A stretch of 64,000 nt of DNA from Escherichia phage CJY920: the sequence record PQ349265.1. One strand, written 5' to 3'. The position numbers were made by a program, and so were the translations under genes. Below are positions 29,867-40,539 of the stretch, in pieces. The stretch's first letter is position 1. Every line of letters begins with the position of its first letter. The notes below the pieces were generated by a model. The model saw only the letters and a program-made list of their open reading frames with translations. It was not told the origin of the DNA and searched no databases.

Positions 29867-31195
29867 ATGCAACTGAATAATCGTGATTTAAAAAGTATCA
29901 TTGATAATGAAGCATTGGCTTATGCTATGTACACGGTTGAAAATCGTGCCATTCCAAATATGATTGACGGATTTAAGCCAGTTCAACGATTTGTTATTGC
30001 TCGAGCTCTTGATTTGGCACGAGGAAATAAAGATAAGTTTCACAAACTAGCTTCTATCGCAGGTGGTGTAGCGGACCTTGGATATCATCATGGTGAAAAC
30101 TCTGCGCAAGACGCAGGTGCTTTGATGGCTAACACTTGGAATAATAACTTTCCTCTGTTAGACGGTCAAGGAAACTTTGGTTCTCGTACTGTCCAAAAGG
30201 CAGCAGCAAGTCGTTATATTTTTGCTCGTGTAAGTAAAAATTTCTATAGCGTATATAAAGATACTGAATATGCTCCGGTACATCAAGATAAAGAACACAT
30301 TCCGCCTGCTTTCTATTTGCCTATTATTCCTACTGTTCTTCTTAATGGCGTTTCCGGTATTGCAACTGGTTATGCAACTTACATTCTTCCTCATAGTGTT
30401 TCTTCTGTTAAGAAAGCTGTATTACAAGCTCTTCAAGGAAAGAAAGTAACTAAACCGAAGGTAGAATTCCCAGAATTTCGCGGTGAAGTCGTTGAAATTG
30501 ACGGTCAATATGAAATTCGTGGAACGTACAAGTTTACTTCACGAACTCAAATGAATATCACTGAGATTCCGTATAAGTATGATCGTGAAACTTACGTGAG
30601 TAAAATCTTAGACCCGCTTGAAGATAAAGGCTTCATTACATGGGATGATGCTTGCGGTGAGCATGGTTTTGGCTTTAAAGTTAAATTCCGCAAAGAATAT
30701 TCTTTGAGCGATAACGAAGAAGAACGCCATGCAAAAATCATGAAAGACTTCGGGTTGATTGAGCGTCGTTCCCAAAATATTACAGTCATCAACGAGAAAG
30801 GAAAGTTACAAGTTTACGATAACGTAGTTGATTTAATCAAAGACTTCGTTGAAGTTCGTAAAACTTATGTCCAAAAGCGAATTGATAACAAAATCAAAGA
30901 AACTGAATCAGCATTTCGTTTAGCCTTTGCCAAGGCACATTTCATTAAGAAAGTAATTTCAGGTGAAATTGTTGTGCAGGGTAAAACTCGCAAAGAACTG
31001 ACCGAAGAACTTTCTAAAATTGAGATGTATTCTTCTTATGTTGATAAACTAGTCGGAATGAATATTTTTCATATGACTTCTGATGAAGCAAAGAAACTTG
31101 CTGAAGAAGCTAAAGCTAAGAAAGAAGAAAACGAATATTGGAAAACTACTGATGTAGTTACAGAATACACCAAAGATTTAGAGGAAATCAAATGA
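29867..31195 (+). CDS. 52: gp52 DNA topoisomerase II medium subunit (GyrA-like), 442 aa
   Basis: GyrA-like breakage-reunion domain; length as T4 gp52. Confidence 0.93.
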   Translation: MQLNNRDLKSIIDNEALAYAMYTVENRAIPNMIDGFKPVQRFVIARALDLARGNKDKFHKLASIAGGVADLGYHHGENSAQDAGALMANTWNNNFPLLDGQGNFGSRTVQKAAASRYIFARVSKNFYSVYKDTEYAPVHQDKEHIPPAFYLPIIPTVLLNGVSGIATGYATYILPHSVSSVKKAVLQALQGKKVTKPKVEFPEFRGEVVEIDGQYEIRGTYKFTSRTQMNITEIPYKYDRETYVSKILDPLEDKGFITWDDACGEHGFGFKVKFRKEYSLSDNEEERHAKIMKDFGLIERRSQNITVINEKGKLQVYDNVVDLIKDFVEVRKTYVQKRIDNKIKETESAFRLAFAKAHFIKKVISGEIVVQGKTRKELTEELSKIEMYSSYVDKLVGMNIFHMTSDEAKKLAEEAKAKKEENEYWKTTDVVTEYTKDLEEIK

Positions 31196-31341
31196 GTCCA
31201 TTCATTGGTATTACAAGTGCGGCGTTAGTATCTGGTAGCATTTTACTGGCGGGTTTAGGCGTTGTTCCAGCCGTAGCAGGAGGTCTTCTTGCGTTCGGCA
31301 TTCAACGTGTTATCATGACAGTTATCACAGTCATGCAGTAA
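31192..31341 (+). CDS. small membrane protein, 49 aa
   Basis: Hydrophobic ORF overlapping gene 52 stop. Confidence 0.4.
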   Translation: MSPFIGITSAALVSGSILLAGLGVVPAVAGGLLAFGIQRVIMTVITVMQ

Positions 31342-31346
31342 TTTTA

Positions 31347-31376
31347 GGGAGAGCCGAGGCTCTCCCTTTTTTATTT
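31347..31376 (+). terminator. rho-independent terminator
   Basis: gggagagccgaggctctccc + ttttttattt. Confidence 0.75.
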
Positions 31377-31397
31377 CAAAAATTTTTTCACAAAACG

Positions 31398-31440
31398 GTT
31401 TACAACCAAAGCATACTGTGGTACTATACAACTATCAAAT
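31398..31440 (+). promoter_or_regulatory. early promoter (motA)
   Basis: gtttacaaccaaagcatactgtggtactatac. Confidence 0.55.
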
Positions 31441-31468
31441 ACTGATACAGAATTACGGAGATTAGAAA

Positions 31469-32104
31469 ATGTCTAAAGTAACTTACATCATCAAAGCTTC
31501 TAACGATGTTCTGAATGAAAAAACTGCTGCGATTTTAATTACCATTGCTAAGAAAGATTTCATTACAGCTGCAGAAGTTCGTGAGGTGCATCCAGATTTA
31601 GGTAATGCAGTAGTTAATAGTAATATTGGGGTATTGATTAAAAAAGGCCTAGTGGAGAAATCCGGTGATGGATTAATCATTACAGGTGAAGCTCAGGATA
31701 TTATTTCAAATGCGGCAACTTTATACGCACAGGAAAACGCTCCTGAACTGCTGAAAAAACGAGCAACTCGTAAAGCTCGCGAAATTACTTCTGATATGGA
31801 AGAAGATAAAGACTTCATGTTAAAACTTTTAGATGAAAATGGATTTGTTCTTAAAAAGGTTGAAACTTATCGTAGTAACTATCTCGCTATTTTAGAAAAA
31901 CGCACTCACGGAATTCGCAATTTTGAAATTAACAACAATGGAAATATGCGAATTTTTGGATACAAAATGATGGAACATCATATTCAGAAATTTACTGATA
32001 TCGGAATGTCATGTAAAATCGCTAAAAACGGTAATGTGTATCTTGACATTAAACGCTCAGCAGAAAACATTGAAGCTGTAATTACTATAGCATCTGAACT
32101 GTGA
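31469..32104 (+). CDS. motA: MotA middle-transcription activator, 211 aa
   Basis: Translation matches T4 MotA from memory; length 211 aa. Confidence 0.9.
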   Translation: MSKVTYIIKASNDVLNEKTAAILITIAKKDFITAAEVREVHPDLGNAVVNSNIGVLIKKGLVEKSGDGLIITGEAQDIISNAATLYAQENAPELLKKRATRKAREITSDMEEDKDFMLKLLDENGFVLKKVETYRSNYLAILEKRTHGIRNFEINNNGNMRIFGYKMMEHHIQKFTDIGMSCKIAKNGNVYLDIKRSAENIEAVITIASEL

Positions 32105-32113
32105 GGAATAATA

Positions 32114-32443
32114 ATGAACAAGTTAGAAATTGTTAATGAACTTCGTCGTTGTGCAGAACCTACTCAAGAGGGATGGGACATCTGGTACCATGGGGCTTAT
32201 CTTGGAACTATCGTAAAGATTAAGACCGGTAAATACATGATTATTCGTGAAAGTAAAGATGCTCCAGTAGGTATTCGCAATAATTTTATGGCAGCGATAA
32301 GTTCATTTACGGATGCAGCTTACGAAATTTACCTTGCTGATTATAAAGAATTCCAGGAATCTCAACCAGTTATTCGCTCAATTGGTGTTAACAAAGCTCA
32401 ACAGAAAACTTTGTGGCAGCGTATTAAAGGATGGTTTAAATGA
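32114..32443 (+). CDS. hypothetical protein
   Basis: 109-aa ORF. Confidence 0.45.
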   Translation: MNKLEIVNELRRCAEPTQEGWDIWYHGAYLGTIVKIKTGKYMIIRESKDAPVGIRNNFMAAISSFTDAAYEIYLADYKEFQESQPVIRSIGVNKAQQKTLWQRIKGWFK

Positions 32444-32901
32444 ATCCATTTATTAATCGTTTAAAAATGCTGAATGTTCCTTTATCTCGTGAAACTCCAG
32501 AAAGTCTTGTTCAAAAATTTAAAGCACATGGTTATAAATGCACAGAAGAAGATATTCTTGCAGAAGTTCCGGAAATTTGTTGGCAAACCGCATACTGGGA
32601 TGAAAACCAAAAGTACCAACGACGGATTGTTTGCGCAGCCAACCGTTTTAAATTAAAAGATGGACGAACTCTTGTTATTCCAGGTGCTCGTCATTATTCT
32701 AAAGATATGGCAGCAGTTTTAGATGTAGTTAAACCCCAATTAGTTACTCAGCAAGTTTGTGATGATGACCAAGGGTTTATTGACCAATATAGTAATTATT
32801 GGACACGTGAAGAAGCAATGATTATTGCAACTTACGCTGGACAAGTACGTATTGAACGCGGTGGTAGTGAAAAAGAACTTTACTCTGAGGACCTTTACTA
32901 A
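32440..32901 (+). CDS. hypothetical protein
   Basis: 153-aa ORF. Confidence 0.45.
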   Translation: MNPFINRLKMLNVPLSRETPESLVQKFKAHGYKCTEEDILAEVPEICWQTAYWDENQKYQRRIVCAANRFKLKDGRTLVIPGARHYSKDMAAVLDVVKPQLVTQQVCDDDQGFIDQYSNYWTREEAMIIATYAGQVRIERGGSEKELYSEDLY

Positions 32902-33197
32902 TGAATATTAAAAAGTTTCAAATTGATGGAATTATGAATCAAATCCAGGCATTGGAATATGCCAATAAAATGATGTCAACCAATTGGGGAATTTATACCA
33001 ATGAACCGGCATTTCAGTTCTGTAATATGGAATTCACTAAAAAGCTCGTAGGAAAAGATTATGTATGTCCATTTAGTTCCCCAATAAATGGAATGCTAAA
33101 GCCTGCTTTACGCGATCTTTATATTGCGATGAACGAAGAAATGATAAAAGAACTAAAACGTCAACTGAAGGTGATTCAATTTGGCCAGGGAAATTAA
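32901..33197 (+). CDS. hypothetical protein
   Basis: 98-aa ORF. Confidence 0.45.
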   Translation: MNIKKFQIDGIMNQIQALEYANKMMSTNWGIYTNEPAFQFCNMEFTKKLVGKDYVCPFSSPINGMLKPALRDLYIAMNEEMIKELKRQLKVIQFGQGN

Positions 33198-33399
33198 TTC
33201 AAAATCCGATTATTTTAATTCTCTCAATGATAAAAATAAAAATCTAATACGGCACTTTATCGTTGAGATGGGATATACTGATACACGTGATTTAAGAGAA
33301 CATATATTTGAATGTGGTGTAGCTAAAAAGTTTTCATTCACATGCAAATGTTTAAGAGAGGTAATTCAGCACTATGAACAATTTAGTCGCAAAACATAA
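33181..33399 (+). CDS. hypothetical protein
   Basis: 72-aa ORF. Confidence 0.4.
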   Translation: MAREINSKSDYFNSLNDKNKNLIRHFIVEMGYTDTRDLREHIFECGVAKKFSFTCKCLREVIQHYEQFSRKT

Positions 33400-33482
33400 T
33401 TTTAATAAAGCTTCTGTTCATAAAGATAAGAAGAAAGCGTTTAAAGAATCTAATCGCAAACAGAAACATAAGGGGAAGGTCT

Positions 33483-33761
33483 ATGATTATTGATTCTCAA
33501 TCTGTGGTTCAATACACAATCAAAATTGATATTCTAGAAAAGCTATATAAGTTTCTACCAAATTTATACCACTCAATTGTTAATGAATTAGTTGAAGAAC
33601 TACATCTCGAGAATAATGATTTCTTGGTTGGAACTTATAAAGACCTCTCAAAAGCAGGATATTTTTACGTAATTCCAGCTCCAGGAAAAAGTATTGATGA
33701 TGTATTAAAAACTATAATGATTTACGTCCATGATTACGAAATTGAAGATTATTTCGAATGA
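33483..33761 (+). CDS. arn: Arn anti-restriction protein, 92 aa
   Basis: Length/position (upstream of asiA) as T4 Arn; acidic protein. Confidence 0.6.
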   Translation: MIIDSQSVVQYTIKIDILEKLYKFLPNLYHSIVNELVEELHLENNDFLVGTYKDLSKAGYFYVIPAPGKSIDDVLKTIMIYVHDYEIEDYFE

Positions 33762-33910
33762 GTCATAATCTTGAAAAGGTAATCGAGCATAATGTAGCTC
33801 AGGAACGCGAGTCGTTCAAGGAATTCGTAGAAAAAATTTTTGAAGAAAATAACACAGACCAGTTTACAAATCAAGTGTCTGATGATATTATAATAAAGTC
33901 AACTAATTGA
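33758..33910 (+). CDS. hypothetical small protein, 50 aa
   Basis: ATG overlapping arn stop. Confidence 0.3.
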   Translation: MSHNLEKVIEHNVAQERESFKEFVEKIFEENNTDQFTNQVSDDIIIKSTN

Positions 33911-33922
33911 GTGGTATAGTTA

Positions 33923-34195
33923 ATGAATAAAAACATTGATACAGTTCGTGAAATTATTACTGTTGCGTCTATTTTGATTAAATTTTCCAGAGAAGATATT
34001 GTTGAAAATCGTGCTAATTTTATTGCATTTCTGAATGAGATTGGAGTAACGCATGAAGGTAGAAAGTTAAATCAGAATTCATTCCGTAAAATTGTTTCTG
34101 AATTAACCCAAGAAGATAAGAAAACCCTCATCGACGAATTCAACGAGGGTTTTGAGGGTGTATATCGATATCTAGAGATGTATACAAACAAATAA
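33923..34195 (+). CDS. asiA: AsiA anti-sigma70 factor, 90 aa
   Basis: Translation MNKNIDTVREIITVASILIKF... matches T4 AsiA from memory. Confidence 0.9.
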   Translation: MNKNIDTVREIITVASILIKFSREDIVENRANFIAFLNEIGVTHEGRKLNQNSFRKIVSELTQEDKKTLIDEFNEGFEGVYRYLEMYTNK

Positions 34196-34852
34196 TTATT
34201 TAGCCCTTCCTAATATTCTGGCCGCCTGAGAACATATTGATTCAAGGCGGTCATTACTTATATGATCATTTCTATACCAGTACATGGTTATTGTTCCAGC
34301 ATAGATATTATCCAAATTGAAATATGGACAACTGTACATGTAATTTATTTCGGGAGTAGGCTTTTTAGTTGGTAAAAAAGCAAATTTTGAGTCGGAATAA
34401 TAATGACGTCCATTTAAATGAACTGTATATTCATCCATAGTTTTATCAACAGGATATCCTCCAAGTGATTTTTCGCTTATTGTTGAAGGTAATTTTCCTT
34501 CATATGCTATAATATCAACAAAATAGTTTAAGTTTTTAGGGCGGAAAGAATACACCGCACTAAAGTCTGCCTCAGATGATATATGAACTATCTGGAGTTG
34601 TTCCAGGGCGACAGATTCAAAGCGTGCATTTCTTTCCTTTTCAATAATTTCACTGTATGTTTCATACTTTGATTGCTTATAGTACTCAAAGAAACTATCT
34701 CCCCTATACCAAACAATCGCCATTATAAACAAAAGAATTACGACAGCTACCCGGGAAGCAAGAACTTTCCCGGTAGCGTTATCTTTGAACAAGCGATCTA
34801 GAACACCAAACAGAATATCAGAGGGCGAAAATGATATTCTAGGTGCTGCCAT
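34196..34852 (-). CDS. t: holin T, 218 aa
   Basis: Translation matches T4 holin T from memory; N-terminal TM segment. Confidence 0.93.
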   Translation of the reverse strand: MAAPRISFSPSDILFGVLDRLFKDNATGKVLASRVAVVILLFIMAIVWYRGDSFFEYYKQSKYETYSEIIEKERNARFESVALEQLQIVHISSEADFSAVYSFRPKNLNYFVDIIAYEGKLPSTISEKSLGGYPVDKTMDEYTVHLNGRHYYSDSKFAFLPTKKPTPEINYMYSCPYFNLDNIYAGTITMYWYRNDHISNDRLESICSQAARILGRAK

Positions 34853-34869
34853 AGACCCTCCTTTTAAGA

Positions 34870-34877
34870 TATTTATA
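34870..34877 (-). promoter_or_regulatory. late promoter TATAAATA (holin t)
   Basis: + strand tatttata = TATAAATA on - strand, ~20 nt upstream of t start. Confidence 0.45.
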
Positions 34878-35424
34878 CGTAATGCTTGAATAAACGCTTA
34901 TACCAAGGCTTCTGTTCTTTTTCAGGCCATGAAGGGAATTCACCACCTAAATGCTCATGCTTTTCTAAAAGAGCAAAGAACCGCTTAAGGTTTTTATAAT
35001 AAAATTTTTCCTTTTTATTGGCGACAGAAGCTTCAATCATATTATTTAAAACTTGGAACTCTTTATATAATTCTTCAATTTTTCTATTACGAATTAAAAC
35101 TCGCTTATATGTTTCGTCTTCTTTCCAACCGTCATCAGTCCATATATCAAATTCGCCGGGCTCATCAAAAGTTATACCAACCGGGCTTCCAATGTCACTT
35201 ATAAAAATTTCTTCTTTATTAAAAGTCCATGCCCGTTTGCCGCGATGGTCTTCTTCATAAATCCAATCTTGAGTACGTTCATCAAATACAACCGCGTATC
35301 CTTCTTTAGGTTCTAAAGGTTTTTTAATTGTTGAATGAGCAGGAAGACCGAGGCCTTTAATCGGTTTGTAATTTTCTTCTTTGTAAAATTCTTTAGTGTC
35401 AAAATAATAATGATATATTTTCAT
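34873..35424 (-). CDS. 38: gp38 tail-fibre assembly/adhesin protein, 183 aa
   Basis: Position downstream of gene 37; length as T4 gp38. Confidence 0.7.
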   Translation of the reverse strand: MKIYHYYFDTKEFYKEENYKPIKGLGLPAHSTIKKPLEPKEGYAVVFDERTQDWIYEEDHRGKRAWTFNKEEIFISDIGSPVGITFDEPGEFDIWTDDGWKEDETYKRVLIRNRKIEELYKEFQVLNNMIEASVANKKEKFYYKNLKRFFALLEKHEHLGGEFPSWPEKEQKPWYKRLFKHYV

Positions 35425-35451
35425 ATTTAGAAGGGGCCGAAGCCCCTCTCC

Positions 35452-38400
35452 TTATGCTAAACGAACGATATAGTTAAAAGCAATGTTTTTAACCGTGTTT
35501 TCTGTATTACCTGTACTATTTACAGTGATAGTATGACCGTGCGAACCAATTGCTACCGTGTGGGTATGGGCACCGATACCTACAGTATGGGTATGAGCAC
35601 CTATACCTACAGTATGAGCATGGTTACCGGTGGTGTTAGTTACACCTGTCCAAGTTCTTGATGCGTGGAAATCAACGGGAGCGCCATAAGTGAAGTTGGA
35701 ACCTGTGAAGCCGTGTGAAGCCTGACTACTACCCATCACGAACGCTCCACTCGCGGTGTAGAATGAACTATTATCACTTCTGAACCAACCAAACACACCA
35801 GAGATTTCCATGTTACCTCTATCGTGAGCGTGGTTTCCAGTAGTATTGGTCGCTTTAGTACCATAATCAAATGATGAAGAGGTTTTAGTACCATAATCAA
35901 AACTTGATGTGGTTTTAGTACCCAAATCAGTATTAGATGCAGAAGCACTATGATTATGAGACTTAATACCATCAGCTTCAGCACTCAACACTGCGCGACC
36001 GCTCGGTTTACCTTTGATAGTTTGCCCACGCATATCTGGAATAACACCACTAGGATATGCAACAGCTAACTTAGGATATGCAGACTTATCAAAGGTTTGG
36101 CCTTCCATTAAAGCAAACCCGTCAGGAACTGAATCGCTCGGCCACGGAATTGGAGCACCTACCGGATAAGGTATCTGAGCATCGGAATACATCTTATACA
36201 CTTGTCCAAGTACATGGTCTGCAGGTAATTCTTCTACCGGTGATTGAGATGCACCATTAAGACCGATTACCGAAATATTGCTAGTATTTTCTGTAGCATC
36301 ATATTCAACCAATAAAGATTGGGCAAAAGAGCCCATGTATATGTATACATCATAATCATTACCAGATGTATTCACTGTAGCAATGTTTGACGGGCTGGTA
36401 CTAGTGCTAGACCACAGCGCCGCATTAATAGATTTAGGATTATTGTTACCAGTTCTAAGAACAATTTCACTTATGGATGCTTGTTCAGGAGAATTAGCAT
36501 TATAACCATTCCCGCCGATAATTTTGAAACGCGCGGTAGATGTAGATTGTGGCATTGTTACAGTAGCAAATTTGTACCAGTACCAGCCTACTACTTTATC
36601 AACACCTGACCATGTGCCAACATTAACTTTGCGGTTTAATGTGGTATTCAAGTTAGCAAAGTTTCCTGAACCACCAGTGATATTACCGTCAGTTCCTAGT
36701 TTGGTATTTCCAACTTTAAGAGGCTTAGTAATATCGACAGTATCAGAGTTTAATGCAATGCCATGGGCGTAGGTGTAATTATGCATACGAACAATGTTTC
36801 CACCATCACCAATACCTACATACCATTTTGTAACATCTGCTTTGCGTCCTTGGATGAAGTTAGAAGACTCTTGTGTTGGAGCATTTATTCTAATAGCATC
36901 GGCGGCAGTATTAACTGTTATACGCTGAGATGCTGTAGTACCTGATGTATCTACTTTAAACTTGCCCACGCCAATATCAACAACGTGTTCCATAGAAACT
37001 GCGCCGGTGCCTAACTCAATACTAAACGGGCGAAGTGGACCGATATCGCCATGTTTACCTTCACCGTAAGCAGTTGGAATAATATGAAGACTGCCTTCTG
37101 AACGTCTAAAAATGGCTCCATAATCTGCGTTCCAAATGCGAAGACCATTTACAGCATTTGTCGCGATTTCACCGGCTGCGCTGATTGTACCGTCAAATGT
37201 AGCATTTTTTACTACTGTAAAGTTTTCATTAACAATCTGGGTGCCATTTATAACCGATTCGACTTTACCCGCAGTTGTTCGTTGAATATAGCTCATCCAA
37301 CTAGTTGCGTCAGAAATTTCCATGACATTTTTACGGGTGCCTTCACTAGGATTAGTAAAGGTATTACCCCAAACTTTGATTTCCACATTATCAACTGAAC
37401 TATAACCGCTTGTATTTCCTTTGAACAACAGCGTAGAAGCATTATTACGACCATCAATATTAACCGAACCACCAATAACGTCAATATTGCCTGGAGTAAC
37501 TAACAAACCGCCATGAGTATTAATGTTTGTGGTACCTTTACCACGGAAATAGTGATGATAATTACCGCCTTGATAATATCCTAAAAGAGTCTGACCGTCA
37601 CCATACGCGTTATTATCATGATAAGTGACAACCGTCGCCAAAGCATAGTTTTCCGACGGAGGAGTGGTTAAATCGGTACCGTTTACAGAATAACCCATAA
37701 CCATTTTTCTAAGACTGGTGGTTTCTGCCGGGCCACTCAGGAAAGTTCTTGTGCCGTTGTTTACACTAAAGAAATAACCATCTTGGTGCCATTGTAAGCC
37801 GGTATCATTATCGCCAAGAGCAATTGAAGCTGTTCCTAATTCAGAATATCCTTTAGGGCCGTGTGGAAGACCTACAGAAACAGAATGACCTGCTTTCAAT
37901 CCACCAGACCAAGTAAATGACCAAAGATAGGCGTCTAATCCATCGCCGGCATACCAGGTTATTCCATCATTATCTTTAACTTCATGGAATATACCCGCAC
38001 CTACGGCATTACGCATAACACGAAGATGATTAATAGCGGTTTCGCTTTCTGCCAATGGGGTGTTATTTGCTAATGAATAGATATCATAATCGCCTGTCTT
38101 CTTCCCATTTGTAATAACTTTATCGGTCAGAATTTGTGGAGACGAAATAGATTTCCATGCTGATACTTCAGGTGAAGTAAATAGGCCACTGCCTGAAAAT
38201 GCATAAGTGCTTTCGTTACCAGCGGCGTAGTCTTGAACGCGGATATTAACTACTTGTGTAGTTAATCCATCATTAGCCGGGGCATAAATGATTCCACGTT
38301 CGCGACTATTGCCATCGAAAAAACGAACATGCGCTGTACCTGAACTTTTTGTAATAAGTTCTCCGCCTTCGGTCATAATCTGCCCGGCGGCAATAATATC

Positions 38401-38688
38401 GCGAGTTACTCGAGCAATACCAGTTAAATTAAAATTACCTGTCTGAGTGAAGGTGCCATTTAAACTATAATCACCAGTTTGATTATAGTTTCCTATATGA
38501 ATAACATTCCCGTCAATACTACCGCCCTTAGCAAAACCAAGATCAATGATATTTCCTTGGTCGTCTTTAGTAAAAAGTACGCGGTCTTTTAAGTTTATAG
38601 CCAATTCACCTTCGGCTAATACTGAAGCGGCAGGACGTGCTCCTGCAGTTTTGCTTCTTTTAAATTGTATTTGTTTTAAAGTAGCCAT
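35452..38688 (-). CDS. 37: gp37 long tail fibre distal subunit, 1078 aa
   Basis: N-terminus [21 protein letters not shown]; C-terminal His boxes [23 protein letters not shown]. Confidence 0.9.
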   Translation of the reverse strand: MATLKQIQFKRSKTAGARPAASVLAEGELAINLKDRVLFTKDDQGNIIDLGFAKGGSIDGNVIHIGNYNQTGDYSLNGTFTQTGNFNLTGIARVTRDIIAAGQIMTEGGELITKSSGTAHVRFFDGNSRERGIIYAPANDGLTTQVVNIRVQDYAAGNESTYAFSGSGLFTSPEVSAWKSISSPQILTDKVITNGKKTGDYDIYSLANNTPLAESETAINHLRVMRNAVGAGIFHEVKDNDGITWYAGDGLDAYLWSFTWSGGLKAGHSVSVGLPHGPKGYSELGTASIALGDNDTGLQWHQDGYFFSVNNGTRTFLSGPAETTSLRKMVMGYSVNGTDLTTPPSENYALATVVTYHDNNAYGDGQTLLGYYQGGNYHHYFRGKGTTNINTHGGLLVTPGNIDVIGGSVNIDGRNNASTLLFKGNTSGYSSVDNVEIKVWGNTFTNPSEGTRKNVMEISDATSWMSYIQRTTAGKVESVINGTQIVNENFTVVKNATFDGTISAAGEIATNAVNGLRIWNADYGAIFRRSEGSLHIIPTAYGEGKHGDIGPLRPFSIELGTGAVSMEHVVDIGVGKFKVDTSGTTASQRITVNTAADAIRINAPTQESSNFIQGRKADVTKWYVGIGDGGNIVRMHNYTYAHGIALNSDTVDITKPLKVGNTKLGTDGNITGGSGNFANLNTTLNRKVNVGTWSGVDKVVGWYWYKFATVTMPQSTSTARFKIIGGNGYNANSPEQASISEIVLRTGNNNPKSINAALWSSTSTSPSNIATVNTSGNDYDVYIYMGSFAQSLLVEYDATENTSNISVIGLNGASQSPVEELPADHVLGQVYKMYSDAQIPYPVGAPIPWPSDSVPDGFALMEGQTFDKSAYPKLAVAYPSGVIPDMRGQTIKGKPSGRAVLSAEADGIKSHNHSASASNTDLGTKTTSSFDYGTKTSSSFDYGTKATNTTGNHAHDRGNMEISGVFGWFRSDNSSFYTASGAFVMGSSQASHGFTGSNFTYGAPVDFHASRTWTGVTNTTGNHAHTVGIGAHTHTVGIGAHTHTVAIGSHGHTITVNSTGNTENTVKNIAFNYIVRLA

Positions 38689-38696
38689 AAGTCCTC

Positions 38697-39353
38697 TTAA
38701 TAATAGCCGAAATCTTGAACAGAATCCTTAATAACAATTTGATCAAATCGTGGAACATGTGAGGGTTGAGATGCAGGATTCTGTGAAAAAAGGTTTGGCG
38801 CAGTTAAATTTCCTGTCATAGTATCTCCAGAGCGTAATACCCTAGAGTTTGCGTTTGCTGTAACAATATTTATTGCTCCATCAACATAATCTTTCCGTGT
38901 AAGGTCATAATTATTTACTGGAGATAATGAAGCTGCGCGTATTTGTGATGCTTCAATTACACCCTTTGAGCTAATATCTCCATTTCGCGTGTTAATTACT
39001 ACAGTTCTACCTGCTGTTCCTTGTGATGATTTAAAACCAATACCATGCCACGAAACAATATCCATATTTGTAGTATCATACGTGGCATTATCACCAGGAC
39101 CAGCAAAAATACCATTGTCACCTGACCCTGCACCAGGAACAGTCATTCCTTTATTAAAAATTACTTTATTTAAATACGTACCACCATTAGCTTTAGAAAC
39201 GAAATCGTTATCAGTAGCTTGTGGTTTATTATATTCTGAATATATTTTAAATGATTTATAGAGTACATCGTCACCGGCTGGATTCAATGGAAAATTTCCT
39301 TGATGCCAAATGACAGAGCCTCCAGTTGTTGAACCTACTTTTAAATCAGCCAT
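38697..39353 (-). CDS. 36: gp36 tail fibre small distal subunit
   Basis: Synteny 34-35-36-37; 218 aa. Confidence 0.85.
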   Translation of the reverse strand: MADLKVGSTTGGSVIWHQGNFPLNPAGDDVLYKSFKIYSEYNKPQATDNDFVSKANGGTYLNKVIFNKGMTVPGAGSGDNGIFAGPGDNATYDTTNMDIVSWHGIGFKSSQGTAGRTVVINTRNGDISSKGVIEASQIRAASLSPVNNYDLTRKDYVDGAINIVTANANSRVLRSGDTMTGNLTAPNLFSQNPASQPSHVPRFDQIVIKDSVQDFGYY

Positions 39354-39376
39354 TGTATGCCCCTTTATTTTAATAG

Positions 39377-39384
39377 TATTTATA
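39377..39384 (-). promoter_or_regulatory. late promoter TATAAATA (gene 36)
   Basis: + strand tatttata upstream of gene 36 start. Confidence 0.45.
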
Positions 39385-39390
39385 AAGAAA

Positions 39391-39412
39391 AAGGGAACCC
39401 GAAGGCTCCCTC
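39391..39412 (-). terminator. rho-independent terminator after gene 35
   Basis: - strand gggagccttcgggttccc + TTTTT. Confidence 0.6.
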
Positions 39413-39415
39413 AAT

Positions 39416-40531
39416 TTAAACTTCTCTAAATTCTTGCCCAAACACTTTACCAGTTTTAGACGATGCTTGCGTAGGAAGTACCATTATATCCGGAGGTGAA
39501 GCAGATTCACAGACATAATTAACTCGAATACCATTGACGCCAAATTCAGCAGGTTTTGAAATTCCGCCATTTCTTGATACTTCAGAAAAGCTTAAATTTC
39601 TCATGCCGCCTTGACCAGCTTGAGCAGTTCTTTGTGCATATATTGTAAATCCTACTGCGTTTTCTGGAATAACTACATAATCTTCCTTTAATTCCCATGA
39701 CCCAGCTTGTCCAGTAAACTCAGCATGTGTTGAAGAAATATATCCATTCGATTCATCATAAAAACGGATAGATATATTTGTAGTTCCAAGCGCAAGTAAA
39801 TCGGCATCAGCATATAACTGTGCTTTAAGATAAAGAACATCGCCAGGAATTAAATTATAATCAGATAATTTACTTATCGCGGATGAAGTTGGTAAACGTG
39901 CAATTTCGTTATTAGTTCCACCAACCGCTGACATAAATTGCTCAACGCTTTCATATGTTCTTTTAGGAAATCCTGTAGCTCCAACGTCTTCTAAACTATC
40001 AAATACAACATCTAAAATAGTTTGATAATCATCTGTGCTTTTTCTATTGCTTAATTTAACATGTTCTAATGCAATAGCTCTTTTAGAAGAAGTGTAAAAA
40101 GCAGCATATGATACGTCAAATCTTGACAATATAAAATCAGATGGAAAAGCAGACGTTCCTGTGGCTCTTAGCCAAGATACTACCTCAGGAGGAAAATTAA
40201 CCTTTCCACTAGTTAATATAGCAACAAGTCTATTATTCGTCAAAGAGTTCATGAAACCAACAAAAGCAGCTGATGTAGTATCATTTGAAGTCGAAAAAGC
40301 ATATGACTTACTATCAACTAATGCTCCTGTAGAAGGGTCAAAAACTCTTAAATGAAGACCTGTATTAAATGTTTGGCTTCCGATAGGATTATCCTGAAAT
40401 TTGACATATGGTCCTGCTGTAGAAAGCGGGCAAGAACCCGCTATACTTATTTTGTATCTTACTGAATTACTTTCCGATAAAAATGGCGTTTGGACATATC
40501 CTTGTCCAAACTCTGCCATAAATTTTTCCAT
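39416..40531 (-). CDS. 35: gp35 tail fibre hinge protein
   Basis: Synteny; 371 aa. Confidence 0.85.
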   Translation of the reverse strand: MEKFMAEFGQGYVQTPFLSESNSVRYKISIAGSCPLSTAGPYVKFQDNPIGSQTFNTGLHLRVFDPSTGALVDSKSYAFSTSNDTTSAAFVGFMNSLTNNRLVAILTSGKVNFPPEVVSWLRATGTSAFPSDFILSRFDVSYAAFYTSSKRAIALEHVKLSNRKSTDDYQTILDVVFDSLEDVGATGFPKRTYESVEQFMSAVGGTNNEIARLPTSSAISKLSDYNLIPGDVLYLKAQLYADADLLALGTTNISIRFYDESNGYISSTHAEFTGQAGSWELKEDYVVIPENAVGFTIYAQRTAQAGQGGMRNLSFSEVSRNGGISKPAEFGVNGIRVNYVCESASPPDIMVLPTQASSKTGKVFGQEFREV

Positions 40532-40539
40532 AATACCTC

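Noticed and set aside
35736-35984. 82-aa - strand ORF rich in Leu/Ile/Val
   Set aside because: Lies inside gene 37 in an alternative frame; frame shadow caused by the repetitive His-box coding sequence.
40161-40355. 64-aa + strand ORF within the tail-fibre block
   Set aside because: Antisense to gene 35 with no start signals; spurious.
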